DNA of 64,000 nucleotides. Origin: Candidatus Poribacteria bacterium (GTDB taxonomy: Bacteria; Poribacteria; WGA-4E; WGA-3G). The stretch spans positions 2,976,001-3,040,000 of the forward strand of contig OZ240248.1 of assembly GCA_965198235.1 (NCBI GenBank). Reading direction: 5' to 3'. Shown here piece after piece: positions 40,470 through 50,985 of this stretch (its first letter is position 1; every line of letters begins with the position of its first letter). Made by a program: the position numbers and the translations under genes. The notes beneath the pieces were generated by a model. The model was not told the DNA's origin and ran no database searches. It worked only from the letters and a program-made list of their open reading frames with translations.

Positions 40470-42128
40470 GTGACTGATCACACACACCCACGCCTTGCCC
40501 TCGGTTTAGATTCAAGCACCCAAAGTCTATCTGCTGTCGTCATTGATATAGACACAGCGGAAAAATGTTTTGAACATTCGCTTGATTATCGCACCGATGC
40601 CCGTCTCAACCAATTCGGTATCGGAGAGGACTATATCTTACCGCCGAGAGAGGAAGGTGAAGCCGAACAGCCACCGTTGATGTACCTCGCCTCACTTGAC
40701 GCTATGTTTACCGACATGCGCGAGGCAGGCGTGCCACTTGAAAACATCCTCCTCATTAACACATCGGGGCAGCAACACGGGCATGTCTATCTGAACCGAG
40801 ATGCAGATGCACTTCTGGCGCAACTTGCAAGTTTCCAGAATTCCGACGAAGATACCCGCGACTTACAAATCTTGCTAAAAGATGCGTTTGCGTATCCCAC
40901 TGCCCCAATCTGGATGACCGCGAATACGACTGCGCAAACTGAGGCTGTCCGAAACGGGGTCGGTGGAAAATCGGAGATGATTGACCTTTCCGGTTCGGAC
41001 GCGCCGCTCCGCTTCACAGGTGCTGTCGTGCGCCGTGTTGGGGAGCGGTTTCCTGAATGCTATGCGGCAACAGCAAAAGTCCAGTTGATTAGCAGTTTTA
41101 TTCCCGCAGTGCTGACCGGTAACGCTGGGGTGCCTATTGATTACGGAAACGGATGTGGGATGTCGCTTATGAACTACCGGACGAAAGTCTGGGATGCCGC
41201 ATTGTTAACAGCGACCTCGGACGGCTTACTGGGCGGTGTGGAAGCACTCCAGTCGAAATTGCCCACGCTCGCACGTCCAGATTCCATTGTGAGCCGTCTC
41301 GCCGCGTATTACATAGAGAAGTATGGCTTTGATGGTCGCTGCGCGGTGATGGCAGGTTCTGGCGACAATCCGCAGTCGAAGGTGCCTGTTGCTGGAGATT
41401 TGCTTAGCCTCGGAACCAGTTTCGTCAACATGGTATCAACCGATGGAGATACACTTGATCCAGAGGGATTTGCCAACGCAATGTATGACGGCATCAACCG
41501 TCCGTTTATGTTCGGATGTCGCACAAACGGGGCAATGGTATGGGATGCCGTGAGAAGTCATTACGGCTTGGCGAAAGAGGAATACGCCCCTGCAGAAGCC
41601 GCGTTACAGACGGTTGCCCCTGGACAGTTTATGACGTTTTGGCAACCTAAGACTGAGTCCTTTCCAGTCTCTGGTGCGTTTGAGTTAATCCGCTCCACCG
41701 CACAATCTACATTGGCAGAAGACTATACCGGTATCATTGAAACGAGCCTCGCCGCGGTTTACATTTACTCTGAGGTCTTTACAAAGCAGACGCAGGAACC
41801 GTTGTTTGTAACGGGCGGCGCAACAGATAGTCCTGAAATCATGCGGCGGGTCGCAGGAATCTGGAATAGACCGACGCTTCCGGTAGAGAAAGGTGGAGCC
41901 GCACTTGGTGCCGCTGTTGCGGGGGTCAAGGCATTTTTTGACGCAGATGCCGATATGGAGGCGGAGTCTTTTGATGTTGAGGCGTTCAGTGCTGCGGTCT
42001 TGAAGCGCGGTGAATCAATCCAGCCGAACCCCGCAGACGTTGCCGCCTATCATGGTGAGCGGAAATACCTCCACCGGTTTCGGGAGAAATACGAGCAGAT
42101 TATGGCAGAACACCTTTTAAACTATTAA
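40470..42128 (+). CDS. FGGY-family carbohydrate kinase, xylulokinase-like
   Basis: LGLDSSTQS, SGQQHG, GSGDNP, SLGTS, VTGGA. Confidence 0.85.
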   Translation: MTDHTHPRLALGLDSSTQSLSAVVIDIDTAEKCFEHSLDYRTDARLNQFGIGEDYILPPREEGEAEQPPLMYLASLDAMFTDMREAGVPLENILLINTSGQQHGHVYLNRDADALLAQLASFQNSDEDTRDLQILLKDAFAYPTAPIWMTANTTAQTEAVRNGVGGKSEMIDLSGSDAPLRFTGAVVRRVGERFPECYAATAKVQLISSFIPAVLTGNAGVPIDYGNGCGMSLMNYRTKVWDAALLTATSDGLLGGVEALQSKLPTLARPDSIVSRLAAYYIEKYGFDGRCAVMAGSGDNPQSKVPVAGDLLSLGTSFVNMVSTDGDTLDPEGFANAMYDGINRPFMFGCRTNGAMVWDAVRSHYGLAKEEYAPAEAALQTVAPGQFMTFWQPKTESFPVSGAFELIRSTAQSTLAEDYTGIIETSLAAVYIYSEVFTKQTQEPLFVTGGATDSPEIMRRVAGIWNRPTLPVEKGGAALGAAVAGVKAFFDADADMEAESFDVEAFSAAVLKRGESIQPNPADVAAYHGERKYLHRFREKYEQIMAEHLLNY

Positions 42129-42310
42129 ATCTGGGCACCGCTCCACTACGTTTCGCGGTGGGGACTAATAAATTCCGATGCAACTGAGACGATGTACGAT
42201 TCTTAAGTGCTTGTATCCGCTACCTATCATAACCCGAAGGCGGTTGGAATTAACCGAAAATCATCGTGGAACGTAGTGGAACGATGCTCGGAAGTCCATA
42301 ATTAAAAAAA
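42115..42310. repeat. Inverted pair of TTAACC...TTAAAAA element ends between the kinase and moaC
   Basis: TTTTAAACTATTAAATCTGGGCACCG...CACTACGTT on the left; GTTGGAATTAACCG...AACGTAGTGGAACG...ATTAAAAAAATG on the right. Confidence 0.75.
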
Positions 42311-42802
42311 ATGAAAGAGCAATTAACGCACTTTGACGAAAAAGGCAACACGCGAATGGTGAATGTCGGTGGCAAAGACGAGACACTGCGTATTGCCATC
42401 GCTCGTGGACATATTACTGCCCTTCCTGAAACACTCCGTCTCATCGCTGAACAAGGTATGAAGAAAGGCGATGTTTTAGAGGTCGCACGGCTTGCGGGTA
42501 TCATGGCGGCAAAACGCACCGGTGAACTGATCCCGTTGTGTCATCCCCTCGCATTGACTTCGATTCGTGTTGAACTCGCCATCGCAGATGATGTGTCGCA
42601 GGTTGAAATTGAAGCGGAAGTCCAGACGGTGGGTCGTACAGGCGTAGAAATGGAAGCACTCACCGCCGTGTCAGTCGCGGCTTTGACCGTTTATGACATG
42701 TGTAAGGCAGTGGACAGGGAGATGATTATCGGTGATGTTAGGCTTGTCAAAAAAACAGGCGGTAAAAGTGGCACTTTCATACAGAAGAATAGCCGTCAGT
42801 AG
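42311..42802 (+). CDS. moaC: Cyclic pyranopterin monophosphate synthase
   Basis: [42 protein letters not shown]. Confidence 0.97.
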   Translation: MKEQLTHFDEKGNTRMVNVGGKDETLRIAIARGHITALPETLRLIAEQGMKKGDVLEVARLAGIMAAKRTGELIPLCHPLALTSIRVELAIADDVSQVEIEAEVQTVGRTGVEMEALTAVSVAALTVYDMCKAVDREMIIGDVRLVKKTGGKSGTFIQKNSRQ

Positions 42803-43016
42803 TCAGTCATTCGTTATCAGTTAAAAGAGGACTGTGATAGTCTTGTGAAAAAAGAAATGAAGAAACACCCAAGCAAAAACACACCTCTTGTGACTGAAAA
42901 CTGAAAGGATTTTTTGAAAAAAATCCGCACTGACTGCTGATAACTACTCCCTCAGAGATACAAAGGACACGGTTTCCAGTTCTAATACATAGTTGCCCCA
43001 AATGAGGTATGTAGCA

Positions 43017-46000
43017 ATGAAGAAAAAAATGCGTCAGATACTCATCATAACCCTTGCAGTTTGTCTAATTTCTACAACCACCTTTGCCGCCGATTACGTC
43101 CTGATCATTGGCGGGGTTGCCGGTGAAAAATCCTTTTACGATGCATTCTGGGGTGCCACCTCTCGGTTCCATCAGCTGCTCACCAATGAATACGGCTACA
43201 CACCCGACCAGATCACTTTCCTCTTTGAGGACATGGGCGATATAGATCGGGGCGGACAAGGAGAGTTAGAACTGGTTGACACCGAATCAAATCGCGAACA
43301 GGTTTTAGCCGCATTCGATCAACTCGCCAAGACTGTGCAACCCTCAGATCGGTTTCTGCTGTTCATGCTTGGGCACGCCTCCCGTACCGGTAGGGGTAGT
43401 GCGAAGTTTAATCTGCGGGGACGGGATATTACTGAAGCAGAGTATGTAAAGCTCATTAACAGTGTTCCTACCGAGAATCAGATTTTAATCTTCGGTTTCC
43501 CTTATAGTGCGAGGCTTGTGCCGCAACTCAGCGCATCGGGACGAATAATTCTCACCTCAAGTTCACCAAATGAAGGCTACTCGCTACAGGCAGGATTTGG
43601 CGATGTCTTTGTTGGTGCCTTCTCCACCGCAGATAACGATATAAACAGCGATGGGGACATCTCGTTGTTAGAAGCGTTTCTATCGCTACAGACACAGACG
43701 AAGGGGTGGTATGAGAACAACGGAAGTATTCAGTCTGAACATCCCCATCTTGATGATAACGGTGATGGAAATGCCACTCGAAACCTAACGATTGACCCTG
43801 AGGTCCCACGTGTAGAACGGACAGATGATGGCGCACTCGCCGAAAAGACCTTCTTGGGAAAACGTCGTTCCGTCTTACCAAGCACACCACCTCCGCCTGA
43901 ACCTGAAGTTTTCGTCGATGTGTCGCCTACTGAACCTCCCGAAGAGCACAAAAATGGAAACCCAGATGCATCGACTGTCTCTCACAACCCTGAGAATCGT
44001 CGGTCAGCACTGCCTTATGACTATATCAGCGACGCAGACGAGAAAGTAATCCAAGAAGCCATTGATACCGCCCCCGCTCAAAAGGACTATCCAGAGGATG
44101 GTGCTGTCGTTCTTTGGGAAAGCGTTGATGTTGACATCGATGAAAAGAGCCGTTATATCTATTCCACACGACGCGTCGTCAAAATCTTCAATGAAGATGG
44201 CGCGGACCTCGCTGAAGTTAGCATCCCCTATATGCGTGGAAGAGACGATGTCACTATTCATCATGCTCGAACGTTTACCCCTGATGGTAGGATTGTTAAA
44301 CTTAACTTGGGCGAAGTGATCCGGGATGTTCCACCGCCGAGTGCTGTGGACGCAGGCTTATACGTCGACGCACGCTTGATGTACTTCGCACTTCCTGAAA
44401 TTACCGATGGCTGCATCATAGACTACGCCTATTCCACGAACAACCTTGGGCACGTCATGCAAGGCGAATTTTGGCGCAAAGTCTATTTCCAAGGACCACA
44501 ACCCGTGCAACACTATCGGTTCACCGTACACATTCCCAAGAAAAAGCATCTCAATTATCAGATTTCAGGCGTACCGGCTGTAGGCGGCACCTCCGGAATT
44601 CTTAATATGAAAAACGAACCGATCCCCAGTCACAGCGTAGACTTAACCGGAAACCTGCAAGTTAACCCTCCACTCGACTCCGATACAAAACAGCAAAGCA
44701 CGAGTGGAGGGTTAAAACGGACGCAGCAGCCCAGAAGCAATCAATTAAAAACCTTTCTTGATATTGAACCGACAGTTACGGAGAATAACTATATCCGTAC
44801 CTATACCTTTGAAGTGCAAGATGTACCTCCCTTGAAAGAGGAGTACCTGATGCCTGCTCCGCAGGATCTCGCTTATAGCATTAGCATCTCCTCGATTGAT
44901 TCGTGGGATAAATTAGTGACGTGGTATGCGACGCTCATTCGGGAACAGGATACCATTACACCAGAAATTACGAAAAAGACGGAGCAAATCCTCCGCGGTG
45001 CCTGGTCCCGAAAGGAGAAAGTGAAACGGCTTTATGAATACGTCGCGACGAACATCCAGTATCTCGGCTATGAACTCGGAATTTGGGCGATTAAGCCTTA
45101 TCCAGCGGACTTCGTTCTGAAAATAGGTAAAGGGGATTGTAAGGACAAAACGACACTCCTCTCCACGATGCTTTCATCTGCAGGTATTAATTCCTATCCT
45201 GTTCTCATTTCTGCTGGCGATACGCGCGGTGTTAACGCCCACTTTCCAGATGGCGGTTCGGAAGTCGAGGCTGTCCCTTCACTCGCCTATTTCAATCACA
45301 TGATTCTTGCTGTTGACGGCGGCAAAGATGATGAATTCATCTGGCTCGATCCGACAGCAGAGACGTGTGCCTTTGGTGATTTCCCTGCCGGCGACCAAGA
45401 CAGATGGACGCTTATCATCAACCCGCGGTTTCTGACAGAAGATAAAGCATCTGTGGTAGAGGGTTCGGATGATGCAGCATCGGTGGATAGTATGGAAAAT
45501 AGGCTCTATCTCTTTAGGAGAAGTCCTTCCTTAGATGCAACATCAAATCTGAAACGGGTTCACACCCGCGTAGAGGTGAAGAGAGATATGAGCGTCTCTG
45601 TTCGCCAAGAATTGACGGTCACTGGGATCTTCAACATGAAACTTCGGAGTCAACTTTCACACCTTCAAACCTCTGAAGAGAAAGCGGAGTTCTTCCACAA
45701 AGCTTTGGAATTAGACGAACGCGCCAAGGTAACGGATGTTAAAGTCTCTGGACTTTCAAAGCTGGAAGGCGAATTGAAGGTCGAACTCACGTGGACATGT
45801 AAGGAGTATTTGTACGCTATCGGCAGTCAATTTGTCCTTGAATTGCCAATCGTCAAGCACCCCTATGCGGAGTTATTGAGCGAGGAACGCCGGATGTATC
45901 CTGCTGTCATTGGCAAGGCATTATCGCTTGAAGACAAAATCAGTGTCAGCACGGAGGCTCCCTTTCGGATTGATACCGTTCCTGAGGAGCGGACGCTGCA

Positions 46001-46175
46001 GACCGAGGTCGCGGAAATTCAGATCCGCTATGCGAAATCCAAGCGCAAAGCCGAGATGCATCAAACTATCCGTTTCCTAACACCGAGGGTCACACCGAAT
46101 AACATTTACCATCTCAAAGATGTCGTCAGAATCGCCTCAAACCGAGGACCGAAACGATTCATATTGACGCAGTAG
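43017..46175 (+). CDS. Secreted fusion: caspase/C13-like domain + DUF3857 + transglutaminase-like domain
   Basis: Signal peptide; FMLGH; DINSDGDISLLEAF; GDCKDK, FNHMIL and WLDPT triad motifs. Confidence 0.78.
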   Translation: MKKKMRQILIITLAVCLISTTTFAADYVLIIGGVAGEKSFYDAFWGATSRFHQLLTNEYGYTPDQITFLFEDMGDIDRGGQGELELVDTESNREQVLAAFDQLAKTVQPSDRFLLFMLGHASRTGRGSAKFNLRGRDITEAEYVKLINSVPTENQILIFGFPYSARLVPQLSASGRIILTSSSPNEGYSLQAGFGDVFVGAFSTADNDINSDGDISLLEAFLSLQTQTKGWYENNGSIQSEHPHLDDNGDGNATRNLTIDPEVPRVERTDDGALAEKTFLGKRRSVLPSTPPPPEPEVFVDVSPTEPPEEHKNGNPDASTVSHNPENRRSALPYDYISDADEKVIQEAIDTAPAQKDYPEDGAVVLWESVDVDIDEKSRYIYSTRRVVKIFNEDGADLAEVSIPYMRGRDDVTIHHARTFTPDGRIVKLNLGEVIRDVPPPSAVDAGLYVDARLMYFALPEITDGCIIDYAYSTNNLGHVMQGEFWRKVYFQGPQPVQHYRFTVHIPKKKHLNYQISGVPAVGGTSGILNMKNEPIPSHSVDLTGNLQVNPPLDSDTKQQSTSGGLKRTQQPRSNQLKTFLDIEPTVTENNYIRTYTFEVQDVPPLKEEYLMPAPQDLAYSISISSIDSWDKLVTWYATLIREQDTITPEITKKTEQILRGAWSRKEKVKRLYEYVATNIQYLGYELGIWAIKPYPADFVLKIGKGDCKDKTTLLSTMLSSAGINSYPVLISAGDTRGVNAHFPDGGSEVEAVPSLAYFNHMILAVDGGKDDEFIWLDPTAETCAFGDFPAGDQDRWTLIINPRFLTEDKASVVEGSDDAASVDSMENRLYLFRRSPSLDATSNLKRVHTRVEVKRDMSVSVRQELTVTGIFNMKLRSQLSHLQTSEEKAEFFHKALELDERAKVTDVKVSGLSKLEGELKVELTWTCKEYLYAIGSQFVLELPIVKHPYAELLSEERRMYPAVIGKALSLEDKISVSTEAPFRIDTVPEERTLQTEVAEIQIRYAKSKRKAEMHQTIRFLTPRVTPNNIYHLKDVVRIASNRGPKRFILTQ

Positions 46176-46389
46176 CCGTCGGCTTTCGGCTATCAGCCAT
46201 CAGTTGTTGACTGCTGATGGGTTGACTGATGGTGTTCATGTCTCTGAGATGTAACCTACTTATTTTCAAGATTTACCGCGCAGATCCGCAAACCCGATTG
46301 AAACTGACCGAGAACCTGCCCGAAACATTGTCCCGCAAGCCTCTATAGGCTTGCGCAAGGAGGGCAGTCCAGGAGGCCATAATTAAAAA

Positions 46390-47397
46390 ATGCCAGCAAC
46401 AGAAGAAGTTCAAGCGATAGAAGAGTTGATGAAAAGTCAAGAGTTGATTTTGGAACAACTCAAAAAGGTAATAGTTGGGCAAGAAGAAGTTATCAATCAG
46501 ATGTTGATGGCACTTTTTGCTGGAGGACACTGCTTATTAGAGGGTGTCCCAGGGCTTGCCAAAACCCTCATGATTAGAACTTTGGCAGACATTCTGAATC
46601 TCAAATTCAAGCGAATCCAGTTCACCCCGGATCTAATGCCAGCCGACATCACGGGAACCGATGTCCTTGAGGAAGACCGGACGACCGGACATCGCACGAT
46701 CCGATTTATTCAGGGACCGATTTTCGCGAACATCCTCCTCGCTGATGAGATTAATCGGACACCCCCGAAGACACAAGCCGCACTCTTAGAGGCGATGCAG
46801 GAACACCACGTTACCGCGGGTGGTAACGAATTCCAGTTGGAACAGCCCTTCTTTGTGCTTGCCACACAAAACCCGATCGAGCAGGAGGGAACATATCCAC
46901 TTCCAGAGGCGCAGTTAGATCGGTTCATGTTCAAAATTGTCATAGATTACCCGACAGAGACAGAGGAGACGGAAATCGTTTCGGCAACGACAGGGGCAGA
47001 GGAACCTGAGCTCGAAACAGCATTGTCCGGGGACGCGATCGTGGCACTCCATAAAATCGTGAGGCGTGTGCCTGCCGCCGACAACGTCGTGCAATACGCT
47101 GTGAAAATTGCGCGCGCAACCCGTCCAAAAGAGGAGGACGCTCCCGATTTTATCCAGCAATGGGTGCGATGGGGCGCGGGACCCCGTGCCGGGCAGTATC
47201 TCATCTTAGGCGCGAAAGCCCGCGCGATTCTACGGGGTCGCTACAATGCCTCTTGTGAAGATGTGAAGTCTGTCGCACCTTCGGTTCTACGGCATCGCGT
47301 CTTAACCAATTTCCATGCCGAAGCTGAAGGTGTTGACTCCGACACCGTCATCCAACGTCTACTCGACACAGTACAGGAACCCGCTGTAAGGCTATAG
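46390..47397 (+). CDS. MoxR family AAA+ ATPase
   Basis: [60 protein letters not shown]. Confidence 0.95.
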   Translation: MPATEEVQAIEELMKSQELILEQLKKVIVGQEEVINQMLMALFAGGHCLLEGVPGLAKTLMIRTLADILNLKFKRIQFTPDLMPADITGTDVLEEDRTTGHRTIRFIQGPIFANILLADEINRTPPKTQAALLEAMQEHHVTAGGNEFQLEQPFFVLATQNPIEQEGTYPLPEAQLDRFMFKIVIDYPTETEETEIVSATTGAEEPELETALSGDAIVALHKIVRRVPAADNVVQYAVKIARATRPKEEDAPDFIQQWVRWGAGPRAGQYLILGAKARAILRGRYNASCEDVKSVAPSVLRHRVLTNFHAEAEGVDSDTVIQRLLDTVQEPAVRL

Positions 47398-47582
47398 ACC
47401 TCATCAATATCCAGCCTCTTGTAGGAGGGATCTCCGAATCCCGATGCTTATCTATGACAAATTATCGAAAAGTGAGGTTTCCAAAGTCCTCCTGATAAGG
47501 GGCGGGGAATGCCATAAGGCATTCATACCGTTGATTCTTTAGGGGGTTGGATGCTGCATAGTCCTACGTAGAGGAAAACACC

Positions 47583-48299
47583 ATACAAAAAATCTCGGTT
47601 ATCATTCCAGTCCTCAATGAAGAAAACGCCATTGCCAAAGTCATCACTGATATTCCAAAGACCGTGCCGACCTTTGACGGAAAAACCGAAGCCGCGGTCC
47701 AGGAAATTATCGTCGTTGACAACGGCTGCACGGACAACACCACCGCAATCGCAAGCCGAAACGGGGCAAAGGTTATAGCTGAGCCGCGACGGGGCTATGG
47801 ATCCGCTTGTCTCGCGGGAATTGCTGCGCTTACGACGACCATCCCAGATATCGTCGTTTTTCTCGACGGCGACTATAGCGACTATCCCACGGACATGTCA
47901 CAACTCCTGCAACCCATACTTGAAGGTAAAACCGACCTTGTCATCGGCGCGAGAAGTGCGGACAGCGCACGGGACGCGTTGTTACTGCAAGCGAGATTCG
48001 GCAATTGGCTCGCCTGTTTCTTGATAAAATGCTTCTATGGCGTGCGGTATACGGATTTAGGTCCCTTTCGAGCGATCCGGTATCCGCAGCTTCTCGCTCT
48101 GAACATGCAGGACAAAACCTTCGGATGGACAGTCGAGATGCAGCTCAAAGCCGCAAAACAGGGAATCCCTGTGTGTGAAGTTCCTGTTCGCTACCGCAAG
48201 CGGATCGGCATCTCTAAAATCACTGGCACATTCACCGGCACCCTCAAAGCAGGCTATAAGATACTCACCACTCTCATCTACCACCGATTTTTGACATAG
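47583..48299 (+). CDS. Glycosyltransferase family 2 with apparent ATA start
   Basis: GAGGA, 7 nt, ATA, then QKISVIIPVLNEE; VVDNGCTD, GYGSAC, FLDGD, RYRKRIG. Confidence 0.8.
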   Translation: MQKISVIIPVLNEENAIAKVITDIPKTVPTFDGKTEAAVQEIIVVDNGCTDNTTAIASRNGAKVIAEPRRGYGSACLAGIAALTTTIPDIVVFLDGDYSDYPTDMSQLLQPILEGKTDLVIGARSADSARDALLLQARFGNWLACFLIKCFYGVRYTDLGPFRAIRYPQLLALNMQDKTFGWTVEMQLKAAKQGIPVCEVPVRYRKRIGISKITGTFTGTLKAGYKILTTLIYHRFLT

Positions 48300-49390
48300 A
48301 ACTTATGACCGCCATACACGGTAGGTGCGGTTTCCTAACCGCAAAAATCCTCCAAACATTTTAGACACCCTGCTGGCGAGGTTTGATGAAGATTAAGAAT
48401 TATTTAATGTGGTAATGTAGAGCGTCCATTGTCTGAACTGTGATTTTTGTGATTATGGGATTTCTGTGATAAGAGACGCTTGTGGATTGGAAAGTGTCCT
48501 TTACAGAATTACCGAAATATTTATTTAACCTTCATCAACCGTACTGGGTTCCTTCTAACCACTCTACAGATACACTGCTGGCGAGGTTTCCTATAGGAAA
48601 TCCGCAGAAATCCGCAGAAATCCGCAGGGAAATACGCAGGGAAACACCCTATCAAAAACCCCAAGCAAAGACCCCAAGCAAAAACCCCTCGTCTTTTCTT
48701 TTTTTAGGACTTACGCACTTCCTCTTGAAGTCCCCCTGATAAGGGGGATTTAGGGGGTTAAATAACTGAAATACTCTCACTGCGAGGCATTTTTGGGTGA
48801 AATCTATTGCTTCTTTACGCAATTTGCGTAAGTCCTGTTTTTATTTCTTACCAAAACGACACGCTGGACGCACCCGCCTTACGGGACTACAATCACTTTC
48901 CCAACGACCATTGCTAATTGCTGGCGACTGACCACTGATTGCTGACTGCCGATCGCTATTCAATGCGGCGAGTTTCAAAGTATTCAGAGTAAAATCTGAA
49001 AAGTGATGGATTTCAAGTAGGCTGTAAACTTAGACGATTATTGGGTTTTGAAGGGTTTTGATAGAAGGTTTCTGAAATGCTTACTCTGAAATTTCAGAGT
49101 AGACAGAGGAGGTTTCGTAGCGTAAACTTTTAGTTTGCGCACTCGTGGGAAACCCAATCTAAAAGATTATGCTACAAAGGTGGCAACTTAGGTTACTTTA
49201 GTTTTCACGGAGGCTTCACGGAGTTTTTATCGCCGTAGGTGGGCCGTGGGTTCCCAGGAGTCAATATACCCCTTCTCCGTGAAAAAACGAACGTGAAATT
49301 ATATTTAACTTACTGTATTGATGTTTTTAAGACTGGATATTGCTATCCATGCAGTGCAGAATATCGCGACCAGAGGTCGCTCCTACAGCA
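48300..49390. repeat. Repeat-dense non-coding region with many repeat families
   Basis: GTAGGTGCGGTTTCCTAACCGCA, GCTGGCGAGGTTT x2, (GAAATCCGCA)x3, CCCCAAGCAAA x2, CTGATAAGGGGGATTTAGGGGG, TCGCGACCAGAGGTCGCTCCTAC. Confidence 0.75.
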
Positions 49391-49629
49391 AAAAACCCTC
49401 AAGTAAAAGATCGCAATTATTGGAGAATTGAATGCCTTTATTATGCCGTATCTTTCACTTGCAACTTCCCAAAATTAATGATATACTCATTAACGACCTT
49501 GAACACTGAAAGCCACACTTCTTGAAGTCTTAGAATATGACTTGCAGGAAGCGATTTGCCGAATCGAAAGCGGGTGTAAGAAAGCAAAAATCGCTAATTG
49601 TCGTGAAATAAAGATGGGGTTTAAAGACA

Positions 49630-49887
49630 ATGAAAAGAAAAAAAATAAAAGCAACATACAGAAACGGTGTGATTGAACCGTTGGATAGGATCAACCTTCC
49701 TGAAGGACAAGCACTTGAGATCGAATTCAGAGTTCTCCTAAAACCGCCTCATGAACTTTCTCGCGCAGAAAAGAAAGAACTGATTCAGAAGATGAGTGGC
49801 TCAATGAAAGGGACATGGGGAAGCACCGTCGAAGAAATTGATGCTTACATCACATCAGAAAGACAATCATGGGATCGAGAATTTTAG
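49630..49887 (+). CDS. Antitoxin, AF2212/DUF104-like
   Basis: IKATYRNGVIEPLDRINLPEG; overlaps the PIN gene. Confidence 0.82.
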   Translation: MKRKKIKATYRNGVIEPLDRINLPEGQALEIEFRVLLKPPHELSRAEKKELIQKMSGSMKGTWGSTVEEIDAYITSERQSWDREF

Positions 49888-50318
49888 ATTTCCCCACGGC
49901 AAATTCTCACATAACATCGGTGTTGTTGGATACCTCTGTTCTTATATACTACCTTGAAGGGATCGAACCTTACAACCTTCTGGCAAAGGAAATATTCCAA
50001 GATATCGTTGATGAAAACATTAGAGGTTTTCTATCGGTAATATCGATAACTGAATTTGTAGCGAAACCACTTGGATCTGAAAAAGTAATAGACGTTGAAG
50101 GTTTTAAGCAGTTTCTCGCCTCACTACCAATTCAGGTGCTTGAAATTAACCATGAGATAGCAGAACGAGCGGGTAAACTCCGTTCGCAATATCCAAGTAT
50201 TCCAACACCAGATGCTTTAATTGTTGCGACCGCATTGGAGAATGATTGCGATATATTTGTCACGAACGACAAACGCCTAAAAAAGCTAGTGTTGTGTCAA
50301 CCTTCTGTTGATGGATAG
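49869..50318 (+). CDS. vapC: PIN-domain VapC-type toxin, native C-terminus replaced by IS630 sequence
   Basis: LLDTSVLIY, SITE, PDALIVATA, TNDKRL; the codons after 50288 derive from the IS end. Confidence 0.85.
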   Translation: MGSRILDFPTANSHITSVLLDTSVLIYYLEGIEPYNLLAKEIFQDIVDENIRGFLSVISITEFVAKPLGSEKVIDVEGFKQFLASLPIQVLEINHEIAERAGKLRSQYPSIPTPDALIVATALENDCDIFVTNDKRLKKLVLCQPSVDG

Positions 50319-50923
50319 AGTTTCTTGAGTTTGACACGTGCGTCGTCGGTAGTAAACTGCCACTTTACAGTAGCACATTGTTCATTTCTTCGGCTTTGCC
50401 AGGCCTGAATCTCGTGCTTGAGGGTCTGTTGGTCGGCGATCCGCCTTGAAAGACATTGCCGAGATAGCACGGAAAGTTCAATCTCAGCCATGTTCAGCCA
50501 ACTGCCATGCTTCGGGGTATAGTGAAACTCAATCTTTTCAGCAATACGCCTGGCTTGATGTGCTTGAAACGCTTTATACAACGAAGCCGGCTTATGAGTA
50601 TTGAGATTGTCGCAAACCAGCAGGATCTTCTCGGCATCCGGGAAATGAACATCTACCAAGTCTCGACAGATGTGAGCAAAATCAAGGCTTGTTCGTCTAT
50701 CAGTGACTTCAACATGCCGAAATCCGTGAAGGGGTGCGAAAATCATGAACAGATTGCTGACGCCATTGCGCTGGTATTCAGAATCATATCGACGCGGAGC
50801 ACCCGCAATGACCGGCAGAGGCTGCCGAGTTTCTTGGATGTGTTGTTTACTCGTTTCATCAACACAAACCAAAGGATTCACACGCTCTTTGGGGCACTGG
50901 TAGATTTCTAAGACATCTTCCAT
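50297..50923 (-). CDS. IS630 transposase, DDE domain (OrfB; frame extends upstream to the A-run)
   Basis: CVDE, CDNLNTH, YTPKHGSWLNMAEIE. Confidence 0.92.
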   Translation of the reverse strand: MEDVLEIYQCPKERVNPLVCVDETSKQHIQETRQPLPVIAGAPRRYDSEYQRNGVSNLFMIFAPLHGFRHVEVTDRRTSLDFAHICRDLVDVHFPDAEKILLVCDNLNTHKPASLYKAFQAHQARRIAEKIEFHYTPKHGSWLNMAEIELSVLSRQCLSRRIADQQTLKHEIQAWQSRRNEQCATVKWQFTTDDARVKLKKLYPSTEG

Positions 50924-50985
50924 CGCAGCGACGAAATCCGCCGAGGCTTCGGGGGGAATACACCCTTGCTGCTTTAGCCAAGGTC

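Noticed and set aside
42129-42310. Moco riboswitch upstream of moaC
   Set aside because: The region is mostly explained by the dispersed repeat family and no Moco motif was recognisable by eye; an Rfam scan would settle it
48596-48690. Possible CRISPR or iteron array
   Set aside because: Short degenerate 10-11 bp tandem units without regular spacers and no rep gene nearby
48482-48739. 85-aa ORF, and likewise 49340-49525, 53669-53908 and 6954-7211
   Set aside because: Chance frames through intergenic repeats with no RBS or domain support
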